In this document: one piece after another, positions 37,197-49,500 of the stretch | How positions within the stretch are numbered: the first letter of the stretch is position 1 | Layout: each line of letters opens with the position of its first letter | Assembly: GCA_951406725.2 (NCBI GenBank) | Contig: OX597829.1 | Coordinates: 51,584,001 to 51,648,000 of the forward strand | Direction: 5' to 3' | From: Octopus vulgaris | Taxonomy: Eukaryota | DNA length: 64,000 bases | The notes under the pieces: generated by a model | Seen by the model: only the letters and a program-made list of their open reading frames with translations | Databases searched by the model: none | Told to the model about the DNA's origin: nothing | Translations under genes and position numbers: made by a program

Positions 37197-38784
37197 CTAG
37201 AAAAAAATGAAATAACATAAGAATTACTTATATCCAACAAGGCCAAACATTTCTTAGTTTACTGTTTATGTAGGAAACAGTTTTAGTGAGAACAATCTGA
37301 ATAAAATGTAAACATGACTTCAAATAATCTATTTAAAAGACTGACATGTTCAAGTTAATGCTTGGTATTTTGGGCAAGTGCTTTCTACTATTGACCCTTG
37401 GCCAACCAAAGCACCCCAACTCAGCTCAAAACAATATCTGTGTATCGTGATGAAGGGAAATAACCTGGAAATCGCGATACACAGATATTGTTGTGAGCTG
37501 AGTGTGTGTGGGGGGGGGGCAAGATTCCCTTGTTTGAAAATATAAGGACACAAATCATGTCGTATAGCCAGCTGAAGACGATGTCTCCTGGGGCTAAATT
37601 ACAGCAACATTTGTCCTAAACTAGGTCTGTCCTGTTATGTTGGCAAACAATCTTTACTCCAGGGTTGATTTGCTGGACTAAACTTTTTAAGGTAGTGCTC
37701 CAGCATGGCCATAGTCCAATGACAGAAACAAGTAAAAGATAAAAGATATACTGGGATTGATTTGTTCAACTAAAACCCTTCAAGGCGGTGCCCCAGCATG
37801 GCCACAGTCCAATGACTGAAAGAAGTAACAGATAAAAGATCATGCCAATATGGGCTGGATGGATTCTCACAGTCCAAGTCACTTCTTGTTGGGAGTTACT
37901 GCTTCCAAAGACTGGCACTCATTATATGTTGACTTTGATACGATATACTGGGATTGATTTGTTCAACTAAAACCCTTCAAGGTGGTGCTCCAGCATGGCC
38001 ACAGTCCAATGACTGAAACAAGTAAAAGATAAAAGATATACTGGGATTGATTTGTTCAACTAAAACCCTTCAAGTGTGCATTTTGTGGTACCAGCACTAA
38101 CAAAGGTTACCTCAGTCAACAATCATCCATAAGGGGAATGTGAAAGGAGGAGTCCACTGTGGTACCAGCATAGGTGCAGGGTGTCATGTACATATTAAAG
38201 GTAATGAGTACACGGCAACATAAGATATATAGACTGAAGAATGGAATGGGAGATGAAGGCTCGAAAGGAATGGCTGTGTGGTCAGTGCAAGTCACTTCTT
38301 GTTGGGAGTTACTGCACTCATTATATGTTCACTCTTTTATTCTGTTATTTGTTTCAGTCTGCAAATTGACCCCAGGACTCATTCTTTGTAAGTCTCTTTC
38401 ACTGAACCGCTAAGTTACGGAGACATAAACACACTAGCATCAGTTGTCAAACGATGGTGGGGGGTGGGGACAAACACAGACACACACTCATAACTCTATG
38501 CTCTCTCTGCACATTTTCCAACCACTTTAAGTCACAGGGCTTTGTTCAGCCTAAAGCTATAATAGAAGACACTTGCCCAAGGTGTCACACAGTGGGACTG
38601 AACCTGAAACCATGTGGTTGGTAAGCAAGCTACTTACCACACAGCCCCTCAAAATAACTCATCTCCCCATCCTCTCTCTCTCTATATATATAAAGGGAGA
38701 GTTTATGAAAAAAACAAAAGATGAAGACAGGTGGTGTACAAAACAAACAAATGTATTAGTATAACGCTCAGGAATAGAAAAAGT

Positions 38785-38820
38785 CTTTTACATTTCGAGC
38801 CTATGCTCTTCTACAGAAAG
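38785..38820 (-). ncRNA. Degenerate hammerhead-like motif
   Basis: CUUU-CUGUAGA-A-GAGC-auag-GCUC-GAAA-UG-UA-AAAG. Stems I and II are intact; core A6 is replaced by U. Confidence 0.5.
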
Positions 38821-40697
38821 GGACACAGAAAAAACAAAGAGAGAAACAAGGAGAGAAAAAAAATGTGTGTAGTGGCTAACGATCTATCATCATCATCATC
38901 ATCATCATCGTTTAACGTCCGTTTTCCGCGCTAGCACGGGTTGGACGGTTCGACCGGGGTCTGGGAAGCCAGGGGCCGCTCCAGGCTCCAGTCTGATTCT
39001 GGCAGAGTTTCTACGGCTGGATGCCCTTCCTAACGCCAACCACTCCGTGAGTGGATTGGGTGCTTTTTACGTGCCACCTGCACAGGGGCCGGGGGGTCCG
39101 GCATCGGTCACGATCGGTTCGAGCTTTTAACGTGCCAGGGACACGGGGGCAACGGGATGCGGGGTAGAGTTGAGTTGGGGGGGGGTCCAGCTGAGAAAGG
39201 TTTCACCAGTGAAAAGAGAGGGAGAGATAGTAAAGGGGTGCAGGTAATATAGGGGAGCACCAGTGGGGAAGGTTGGGGGAGGAGGAACGATGGCAGGAAG
39301 GGTTGGTGAAGGTTCGTAAGAAATATAAACGTAGGATGTGTATATATATATATGGGTAGGTGTGGGGAAGGTTGGGTGGGTAAGGAGGAACGATGGCAGG
39401 AAGGGTTGGTGCAGGTTCGTAAGAAATAAAAACGTAGGATATTACGAGGCATGGAGGGGACTGGAAGGAGATATGGCGTAATATATATCCCTTCTTGAAC
39501 ATGGATGTTCTGTTATAATAAACTACACTGTGGTAGAAACCATGAGAGAACCTCTCATACTGGGATTGGTGCAAAATACACTCTTGTTTATATTGCAAGC
39601 CGAGAGATAAAACCCCATCAGAGACATATAAATGTATATATATTTACATGTATATGTATAACGCTGAGCATGCATATTGACGCATGCATGTAAACATGAT
39701 TTATTATGCACTGAAATCATTATTACATGATGAAGGCTGTGAAACAGCTGTAACCCTAAGGATGACAAGTGGTTAAATAAATATATCTACCTCTCATACC
39801 TCTTTACATTTTATGGTTTGTGTGTGTGTGTGTGTATCAGGACCACCATCATTGTTTAACGTCCACTTTCCATGCTGGCATAAGTTGGACGGTTTGACAG
39901 GAGCTGAATAAGCAGAAAACTGTACTGGACTTCTGTATCTGTTTTGGCCTGGATTTTATGGATGGATGCCCTTCCTAACACCAACCACCCCATAGAGTGG
40001 ACTGAATGCTTTTTACATGGCACAAGCACAGGCAAGCTCAGTTAAGGCATGATTTTTACAGCCTGATATGTGTGTGTATGTGTATCTATGTATATTTATA
40101 CATATATGTATCGAGAGGGGAGGAGCAAGATGATGATGATGATGATGATGAAATTAGAGTAAATTAGTACTACAAACAACTCGGTTGATATATATATGTT
40201 AGACAACATACCAGAGTCAGGATAGTTAACTCTGATCAGTTCAGTGTAGCAAGCTGCATACACATATCACTTGACAAAAATTCCAGTACTGCTGGTGAAG
40301 GGTGTAAATAGACACTACACAGTATCTGTTTGCTACCTCAATGAGCAGTATTGTAAATTTAGACAAATGTTCTTGTAATTTAACCCCGGATAAGCCTGAC
40401 AAATTCAAGCACTGACCATCTGCCATTTTTAGGTATAGTATATCCTGAATAACAGCATTCAGTGTATCAGATTTTTAAAGTGGTTTCAGCAAGATTTTAC
40501 CCTTCAGCATACAGATTATTGTCAAATGTAATGCTTATTTATTCACATTCATCATCATTGTTTAGTATCCGCTTTCCATGCTGGCATGGGTTGGACGGTT
40601 CAACTGGGATCTGGGAAGCCCGAAGGCTGCACCAGGCCAGTCAGAGTTTCTACAGCTGGATGCCCTTCCTAACGCCAACCACTCCGTGAGTGTAACG

Positions 40698-41060
40698 GGT
40701 GCTTTTTATGTGCCATCAACACAGGTGCCAGATGAGGCTGGCGAACGGCCACGCTCGGATGGTGTTTTTTATGTGCCACGGACACAGGTGCCAGACGAGG
40801 CTGGCGAACGGCCACGCTCGGATGGTGTTTTTTTATGTGCCACGGACACAGGTGCCAGACGAGGCTGGCAAATGGCCACGCTCGGATGGTGTTTTTTTTA
40901 TGTGCCACGGACACAGGTGCCAGACGAGGCTGGAGAACAGCCACGCTCAGATGGGGTTGGTGTTTTTTACGTGCCACCGGCACGGAGGCCAGATGAGGCT
41001 GGCACGGCCACGATCGGATGGTGTTTGTTACATGCCACCAGCACGGAGGCCAGTCGATGC
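40698..41060. repeat. About 6 x 60-bp GC-rich tandem repeat inside a family A element
   Basis: Unit ggtgttttttatgtgccacggacacaggtgccagacgaggctggcgaacggccacgctcggat. Confidence 0.9.
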
Positions 41061-42171
41061 AGTACTGGCTACATTGTTTTGAATTAATTATGCATTACCT
41101 CAGAGCTTTGAGATTTTGATGATGTGACTGTTTCTTTTAGAATGATATTGTTTGGTAGGTGTGTCAGGCTGGAACTGGCTGGTTAGGACATAAAACAGGC
41201 AGAAGAATATTTGGGGCCAGATATGGGCAGTTTAAATACTGAAGGGTTAACAGTTATCTACAGCCAGGTCAGTGACCATATAAATGCTACCTTTTAATAA
41301 ACTGATGAAAATGGTGCTGAAAAACATAGCAGGACTTTGGTAACTGTTTTGTTAGTTGGCAGTACTGAGTTCAGAGCCTCTTGTTGGGCTTGGGAGAGAA
41401 TGGAAGTGCAAAAGATAAGATTTAATTTTTTTCATTCCATCATCAATATTCCAAAACAAAAATTGAAGCCTCATCTTACATAGAGGTAAACAAGTAAATA
41501 AAGAAAAAAACAAAACAAAACAAAAAAAACTTCAAACAAAAAATATAAGATCAATATAAAAATCATTAAGAAATGTAAGACACTGTGTTATTTTGAAATC
41601 TGACCCTAGGAAAAGAACGGATATACAAATTTATGATAACTGAGCTGCAAGAGGTGAGGCCACCTTTTGTAGCTGGGCTGAGAGACCAGCTACATTTATT
41701 GATGTTTCCTGTCATCAAATTGTTTTGCTAGCTTTGAATTGTTCTACCTTTGAATTGTTCGAGAATACAGAACCCCTTACTTAGGAAGAGGTAATAGTTG
41801 AGAACAGGAAAAGCATCTGACTATAACAATCCTGTCTTAAGTACCTCCTCAAAAATAAACATTAATGTGTGTGTGTGTGTGTGCATATTGTTTGTCTGTT
41901 TTTTTTATGTATAGTTATATACAAAAAACATTCAAACATTTATTGAAGGGGTTACTCAATACAATTACGTAGAGCATCACATTTTATTTTCCCCAGGAAG
42001 AGGCTGACAGTGACATTGAAATTTCACCTCTATTAGCTTGAGATATATATATATATATTATCTATTTTGAGTACAGATACCTCATAAAGGAGATGTTAAC
42101 ATCAAAGCTTTGCCAGTTTAATCATATATATTGATTTATATTTATATTTCCAGAGGAAATATTTAACTTGA

Positions 42172-42330
42172 TATTAGGTTGTCCCAAAAGTTCGTAAACA
42201 CTTGCGAAAATTGAATCTATTTTGAGTACACAGATACTTCATAAAAGAGATGTTAACATCCAAGCTTTGCCAGTTTAATCATATATATTGATTTATATAT
42301 ATTTCTACGAACTTTTGGGACAACCTTATA
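42172..42330. mobile_element. Tc1/mariner-type MITE with 25-bp terminal inverted repeats (including the outer TA)
   Basis: TATTAGGTTGTCCCAAAAGTTCGTA / TACGAACTTTTGGGACAACCTTATA, one mismatch. Confidence 0.85.
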
Positions 42331-44631
42331 TTTCAAGATGCAATTTTTAATTTATTAATTTGTAATTGATTGAGTTTAATATGGAAACAAATTTTAGGTA
42401 ACAGAGAATTTTGACAATATGTAAATAAATTGAATTTTATCGGTAAAAATTCTCCATTTTCTCCTTATAATATATTTTATATACATATATCATCATTATC
42501 ATCCTTAATCATGCTATATTTCCTTTTCCATTTATGCTGGCAAGGGTTGGACAGGATTTCTAAGGTAACATTTTATGGTTGGACACCATTCCTAGTGCCA
42601 GCCCTTGCATGTTTCAAAGAAAGATATTTCTCCATGACCAAACATGGTTTTGGAAACAAAGGACACCACTTCAATGATAGAAATTTTTCTTTACAACTAT
42701 CAAACAATGTCAAGAGAAGCAAATACTAACACACACAGAGGCTTCTTTCAGTTTCCAACACTCACAAGAATTTGGGCAGCCTGGGGTTTTAGTAGAAGAC
42801 AATTGCCAAAGTGCCTGAAACCATGTGCTTAAGAAACAGACGTTTTACCACATAGATATACCTGCACCTCTGTACAAAAGCTACATTTAAAGTATAACCC
42901 CTTGAGCGACACTGAAGTATCTATCTGACATTACCTCTCTAAATGTTCTTATACTCTAAGAAACCTTTTGCAAAACCTTTTGAGTATTAAAGATAGCAGC
43001 AAATATGGCTTTGCTGATAACATATGTGATGCAAATTATCAACAACGGTCAGGAAGGTGCTATATATTGATGCCACAAGTTACCTGTAGATGAAGCAGTA
43101 AGGTAAACGTGAAAATGTGATGATGTTGGATTTCAGGTCTTATAGAAAGACGACAGGTTTGAGATTTGAAAAGGCAACATGACTATGATGCAGGCCTATC
43201 TAACAAATCCGAGCAAAGAAACATACACTAAATACCAGGTCTGCTCAATTAGAGCCTACCTTGTTGGACAGAATGGTTACTGGCTTTCTTCCAGTCCTTT
43301 ACATTCTGAGTTCAAATCCTACTGAGGTCAACTATGCCCTTTATTCTTTGAAGTTTATATAAAATAAGTACCAGTTGAGTACAACATGGGTCAATATAAT
43401 CCAAATCCAAATTTTTATATCACATAATACTTCAAATAATGAAAGAAATTCTAAGGTCTCCATTTGGTCAGGGTTTATTGAGTATCTACACCTAAAAACT
43501 TCCTCTCCAGATCACAGGCCCGGGTAAAGTTTTTTATAGACGGCCTATAATAGAACAAGCTGGAAGCCTCTCTTCTCTATGACACCTATCTTATCCAAGG
43601 GAAAGACAAGGGCCAAAATCAATTGGTTCAAGTGCTGTCACTGACAGACTTAGAAAGTAAAGAGCTAAAATAAATGCCATTTGGAATGTTTTGCTTTTCA
43701 GTGTTCTAACAATTCTAACAATTTATTGCTTTGGAAGGGTATTTTTAAGATTTATTCTAAAATCCAACTTAAAACTTTTTGTTTTATTTTTGGTAGCTGG
43801 TGGCACATAAAAAGCACCCACTACACTCACGGAGTGGTTGGCGTTAGGAAGGGCATCCAGCTGTAGAAACACTGCCAGATCAGACTGGAGCCTGGTGCAG
43901 CCTCCTGGCTTCCCAGACCCCAGTTGAACCGCCCAACTCATGCTAGCATGGAGAACGGACGCTAAATGATGATGATGATGACTTGTGGTCCAAGAAATAT
44001 GATTACGCAATTCTTGCTGAAAAAGTTGCACATATGATTTGTTTCTAGTGATCAAATGTTTCTACTGTACATTAGCTCAATCCCTCCATCAAAATGACAC
44101 TACCTGTACAGGTAGGTGCACGGTGTGCCACATGTCAAGATGTTGAAGTATTCAAAGAGCAACTCGAAATAAAGTATTTTGTTCAAGAATAGAATACACT
44201 GCCTGATCTGGGAATCAAAACCACATTCCTGCAATCGACAGTGTAACAGCTTAACCACATAGCCACCCCACCATATTTTATTTTATAGATACCAGGAAAA
44301 TGGAAGGAAAAGTTGACCTCAGCAGGATTTGAACTCAGAACCCCATCCCAAGATAAATTTCATCTAATGTCAAATGATTTTGTTGATCCATCATGTTTAT
44401 ATGTAGAATGGGTGTGTTTCTACAATATGAGAATAGGTTATGTTAATGGTTTAAATCAAATAGTAAATGCTGGGAATCAAAACATATCACTTACAGAGTA
44501 TGTTTCCAAGATAAACATCAATCTAGTCTTAAAACTGACTGACTGGCAATAAATTAGTTTCTCTAATGAATTATAAACTTACAGACCAGAATATTAACTT
44601 AAGTGAAATACCTGGTTAAAATATCAACACC

Positions 44632-44866
44632 TTAACCCTTTAGCATTTAAACCGACCATATCCAGCCCAAATATTCTATAAGTTTTATGTTCAAACTGAC
44701 TGGTTCTAGCCTCTCACACCTACCCTACAATGTCATTCTAAAGATAAAAATAAAAATTCACATCCTTGAAATCTTGAAGTTACAAGATAATGCATGATTA
44801 ATTTCATAATGATGTGTTTAAATAAACATTACATTTGATAGAATAATCTGAATGCTGAAGGGTTGA
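44632..44866. mobile_element. piggyBac-like MITE, near full length
   Basis: ttaaccctttagcatt ... aatgctgaagggttga terminal inverted repeats with CCC/GGG ends next to TTAA-like sites. Confidence 0.8.
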
Positions 44867-45749
44867 ATCACAACACACCCAAATAAGTGTAATCTATGTT
44901 GCAAAGGAATAGTATGTCACACATAGCCAGTTTATTTCAATAGAGTTTATAATCAAGAATTTGAAATAATTTAATTTAAATTAATCATTTCATTGGTATA
45001 TTAAGTTGGATTTTTAGAATAAATCTTAAAAATGATAGATTTTAATCTAAATATGGACAATTTTTTTTAAAAACATGTGGTTTAGTATCAAAAATGGTAA
45101 TCAGTTGTGATTGATTCCTTTCATTAATTAATGCTAAATTTAAGATTAGTCCAAAAATTGGTTATACCTGAATGAATGCAATCAAAACCATTCAAAACTA
45201 ATTCCTAAAGTCTTTTGATACAAACTCACCCGAGACTCACCCCATCCCATCTGTGGTACAGATTCCCCATTTTAAAGTGATCTAAATTAAAACTTTCCAT
45301 AAAAATTTTATGTTAATTTATGTTCTAAACACCAGCTTAGTAATGCCAAAGTTATGTCATAAAATTCATCATCATTTTCAAAGTTAATTGTAGCTAAGGC
45401 AGTATTTAAAAAGAAATATGGTAACAGAAGGAAAAGGTTGAAACAGTAATGGACCGAAAAAACTGCAGATTTTCATTTGTATAATAGAATGCCCCACTCA
45501 ACCATGAATAAAAAAAAAACTGACAGATTTAAATATCAGACAAAAAGCTATTCTCCGATATCCATCATTAGTCTATTGTAAAATATTAGCAACTGATTTT
45601 ACTAAATTACTTCAATTATTTGAAGATTAAATACAAAAGTAAGGATTTAAGCTACTTCCAGCTCCTATAATATTGGGGATTTGATAGGTTTTGATTCCCA
45701 GCATTTACTATTTGATTTAATTCATTAACGTAACTGGTTCTTATATTGC

Positions 45750-46105
45750 AGGAACACAACACCCATGACTTTCGGAAACATTTTTTCATGCTTAGAATTG
45801 CTGGAACATGGAATAAACTACCTATATCAGTTGTTAGCTGTCAGGACACAACATCCTTCAAAATTGCCATGCTTCCTGAAGTTTGCCAACAATACACCTG
45901 ATGCTCCCCACTCACCCACCTCCCTCCTTTTTTGTTATTGACTCATTCACTGTTCACTTCCTGTGCATTATTACAATTAACTTTGAAATGATGATGAATT
46001 TTATGACATAACTTGCATTATTCTATGTACTGTTCATGCACTTCTGGCTACTTTTTCTGATGAGTTCTAGTGCAACTGAGCACTGTGTACAATAAATTCA
46101 TTATT
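45750..46105 (+). mobile_element. CR1/L2-like LINE 3' end
   Basis: FRKHFFMLRIAGTWNKLPISVVSCQDTTSFK matches the CR1 C-terminal FF..R....WN.LP..VV motif; its tail is shared with 6535-6570 (inverted). Confidence 0.75.
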
Positions 46106-46440
46106 ATATTATCTTAGAAATAAAACTACATTTTTATCACTCTAAGTTTGAAATGTTGCTATGATGCAATGATTAAAGAGCAGAACTTCAGCAAACAGAT
46201 TCATTAATGTAGAGGCTAAGTTATGCAAAGCATAACTAAGCATAGCACAGGCCAAGTTATGCAAATATGTAACATAGAACAGACTTTTAGAATATTTCAA
46301 ATTTCCAAACAAAAAATTTTTTTAACAGTAAATAATGGTAAAATGAAAGAAATTGTTGGGTGAGATGGAAAGAAAGATGGGAAACGAAAAAATAAATAAA
46401 TAGAGAGTCAAACATAGAAAGAAAAAAAGCAAAGACTAAC

Positions 46441-46535
46441 TTCTAAATCCTCTTGAGCTGTAATTATGTATTCTTTTAACATTTCTTGCTGCTTTTCCCT
46501 CCATTGTACTCTTGGATCTTCCAACTGGTTTGTCT
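46441..46535 (-). CDS. kibra: KIBRA coding exon 3
   Basis: Acceptor ttgcag; (E)TNQLEDPRVQWREKQQEMLKEYIITAQEDLE; donor GTTAGT; 95 nt. Confidence 0.95.
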
Positions 46536-49500
46536 CTGCAACATTCAAATTTCACACATTTCAAAATATGTTAGATACAAAAGCTACATGATGATTCTGA
46601 CTTGCATTGTCTGACATTCATGTTAAATTCATGCAAAACTCTTTTTTTATTTATAATTTTACTGTTCAAAATTAAGTTTAAGTTTAACAGAAGAAATCAT
46701 TTGTTGCAATTAAAATAATAAATTTTTTTTAAAATTCCAATAAAAATTTAAATGCCAAGCTCAAGAAACATCGTCATTTATGAACATGTCTTCATTAACA
46801 CACAAGCTGAATCTAGACAGGCTAACGAAGAATGTTCTGAAATACAAATCATTGATTACAAGCAGCTCATGGATATAAACAATTTAAAATAAAAAAGAAA
46901 AGAAAAAAGGTAAAAGATGACAACACTGAATGTAAACGAGTTAAACATTAATGATCTTCAAAAAACATAAGTTGTCTTTAGAATTAAAAGAGAAGATAAT
47001 TTTGATTAAAACACTTGATATTTTAGTGTATTCTGAGAGGCTGACCAGTAACAAAAAATAAAATAGGTTTTTCAACAATTAAGAAAGAGCAAAATAATCA
47101 ACAATTATCCACTGTCATTAAGATTTAAATATTTGATAACAGAAAAGAACTCATTCTAGTAATTTACAACAACAAACAATAATACAAACTAAATTTTTGT
47201 TTAGACAATAATTTTTCATTACTATCTCAATATCAGGGCTTGAAAACTTAATGAGATGTAATAATGGTTTCACATTTTGGCACAATGCCAGCAATTTTGG
47301 GAGCGGAGTAAGTTGATTTCATCAACCCCCAGTGATCAACTGGTCCTTATTTTATTGACCTCCAAAAAGGATGAAAGGTAGAGTTGACCAGAATGTAAAG
47401 ACAGATGAAATGCCATTAAGCGTTTCGCCAGGTATGCTAACAATTCTGCCAGCTCACTGCTTTTTGGGATGTAATAAAGATGCAGCAAATGAGTTTTTAG
47501 CTGCATTTGATCATTTTCTACATCAATGACAAAAAATTTTCATTTTCAGCTCGAAATTGCACATGTGTGGATTTAGCATTTAAAAGGAAAAAAATAAATG
47601 AATTAAATCTTAAAATTTTAATTGATTCTGACTGGAAAGGAACTTTACGGTAAGATGCTAATATATTTCTTAATAGAAACTAAGACAGGTCAAACATCAG
47701 ACCAAAATACATGTAAATGGTTATCAGTCCTCAGGAAACTATACTTTGATAATTAGTTGTCAATGCCAGCATGAATTAACAAGAGAACTTATGAATTATG
47801 CTTGTAATGACCATATAATTAGAATGGATAATTAAAGCCATATGAAGAAAGTGCAGTAAAAGAAATAATTCTAGAAGATTCCCAAGAAAAATTACAAGAA
47901 CAGAATTAGCAAATATAATTAATTATCAATATAGTTTTAATTGCAACTAAATTTAGAGATAACTAAAGCATCTTTTGTTAAACAAAAATATTTTGAGACA
48001 ACTTAACTGGGAACAGTTGTAAAGATATCGATATGGGTTACATCACAACATAAAAGACTGAGGTAGTAGCTAATATTTGTATTATTTTTTAAATAATTTT
48101 TTTTAATTAAAGCTGCTTTAATTGAAAACTTTTCATCCAAACTTAATTACTGATATTCAAATATTAAAAATTAATGCAGGAAACTTGTGGGAATTTCAGC
48201 AACACGACATGCGAGACTCCGGTGAAATACTGAAAGTAATGCGACATTCATTTCCATTTACTGAAGACACCAACATGCTCTTCATAACGACAACATAATT
48301 GTGACATGCTACCCCAGGTTTGGACATAAAAAACATGCTGCAGAACCTAACAGAAGAAATTCACATGCTATTTCAGGTAACTATTTACGTTTCGTTTTAA
48401 AATGGTGATTTGCAATCAAAGTAATCATTAGATATTGAGAATTAACTTTGCTGGCTAGAAAGGTGTGCGTTAATTAAGTAGTAGTAATATTATGTCTCTC
48501 CAGATTCTGCTGAAATCGGCATGGCAGGAGGGTGTCTAAAACGTTGGTTATTTAGAATCGCTGCAGACTGTAGGCTAGTCTATGGTTCATAGTTGATATC
48601 ATGCCTTGAAATTATACACACACACACATGCATTTGCAAATACATATACATACATGCACAGACACAACACATATATTTATGAATAACTGGCAGAAGTTAC
48701 AGAGTACATAGTAGCTCAAGGGCTGAGAATTTTGTGCATTGGCACTTATCAAACTTTGATAAGTACCAATAGATGAAACCCTCAGCCTTTGAGTCACTAA
48801 TTCCTGCCGATTATTAATAAAAAGTACACATTTAGTCATGCTTTTTAAGTTCTATTTTCCTGTTTGCATCACCAAAATCCTATATATAGCTATCATCACG
48901 TTTTAACATTCATCTTCCATGTTGGAGAGGATTGGACAATTTGATAATGACCCAATAGGCCTGAAGTTGCACCATGCCTCAATGTCTGATTTTGCAGACA
49001 TCCTTCCAAACACCGACCATGAAAAGCACCCAGCATACTGGGTACTTCTTTAGAGTACTAACATATAATTATGATATATATATGTGTGTGTGTGTGTGTG
49101 TATATATATACATATATATATATATAATACACTAATTGTGAGAAGTTACTGACTTTGATGATTGCTAATATGGTTAAATTTAAATTTGTTTAATTAAATA
49201 TATTTACTAGAGAATAATTTCTGGAATTCAAAATTTAAAAACATACTTTCAGACAACTAAAAATTATTGTTTTCAGAACGAAAACTAATAATCTGCTTTA
49301 AAGAACTTAACATGATACACATCTCAGCAAAGCTTTGACATTAAACTTTGATTGCCAAAACATATATATATAATCCAACACTGTTTTATTATTGATTTAT
49401 TTTATATTTGAAATCCAACTAACAGATACAATATCTGAAATTGACAAAGTGCCAGGGGTTTTACCTTTCTTTTGGTCCTTGTGGCAATAGTGGGGAAAAA

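Noticed and set aside
40578-41087. 169-aa repetitive ORF, and the CRISPR-like look of the 60-bp units
   Set aside because: It is a tandem repeat inside a family A element; the 'spacers' are near-identical, the context is eukaryotic and there are no cas genes.
41300-41330. CTGATGA...GAAA
   Set aside because: No pairing stems.
48755-48825. TTGATAA...GAAAC followed by AATAAA
   Set aside because: The core is too degenerate to call, although it may be an old Penelope-type end.
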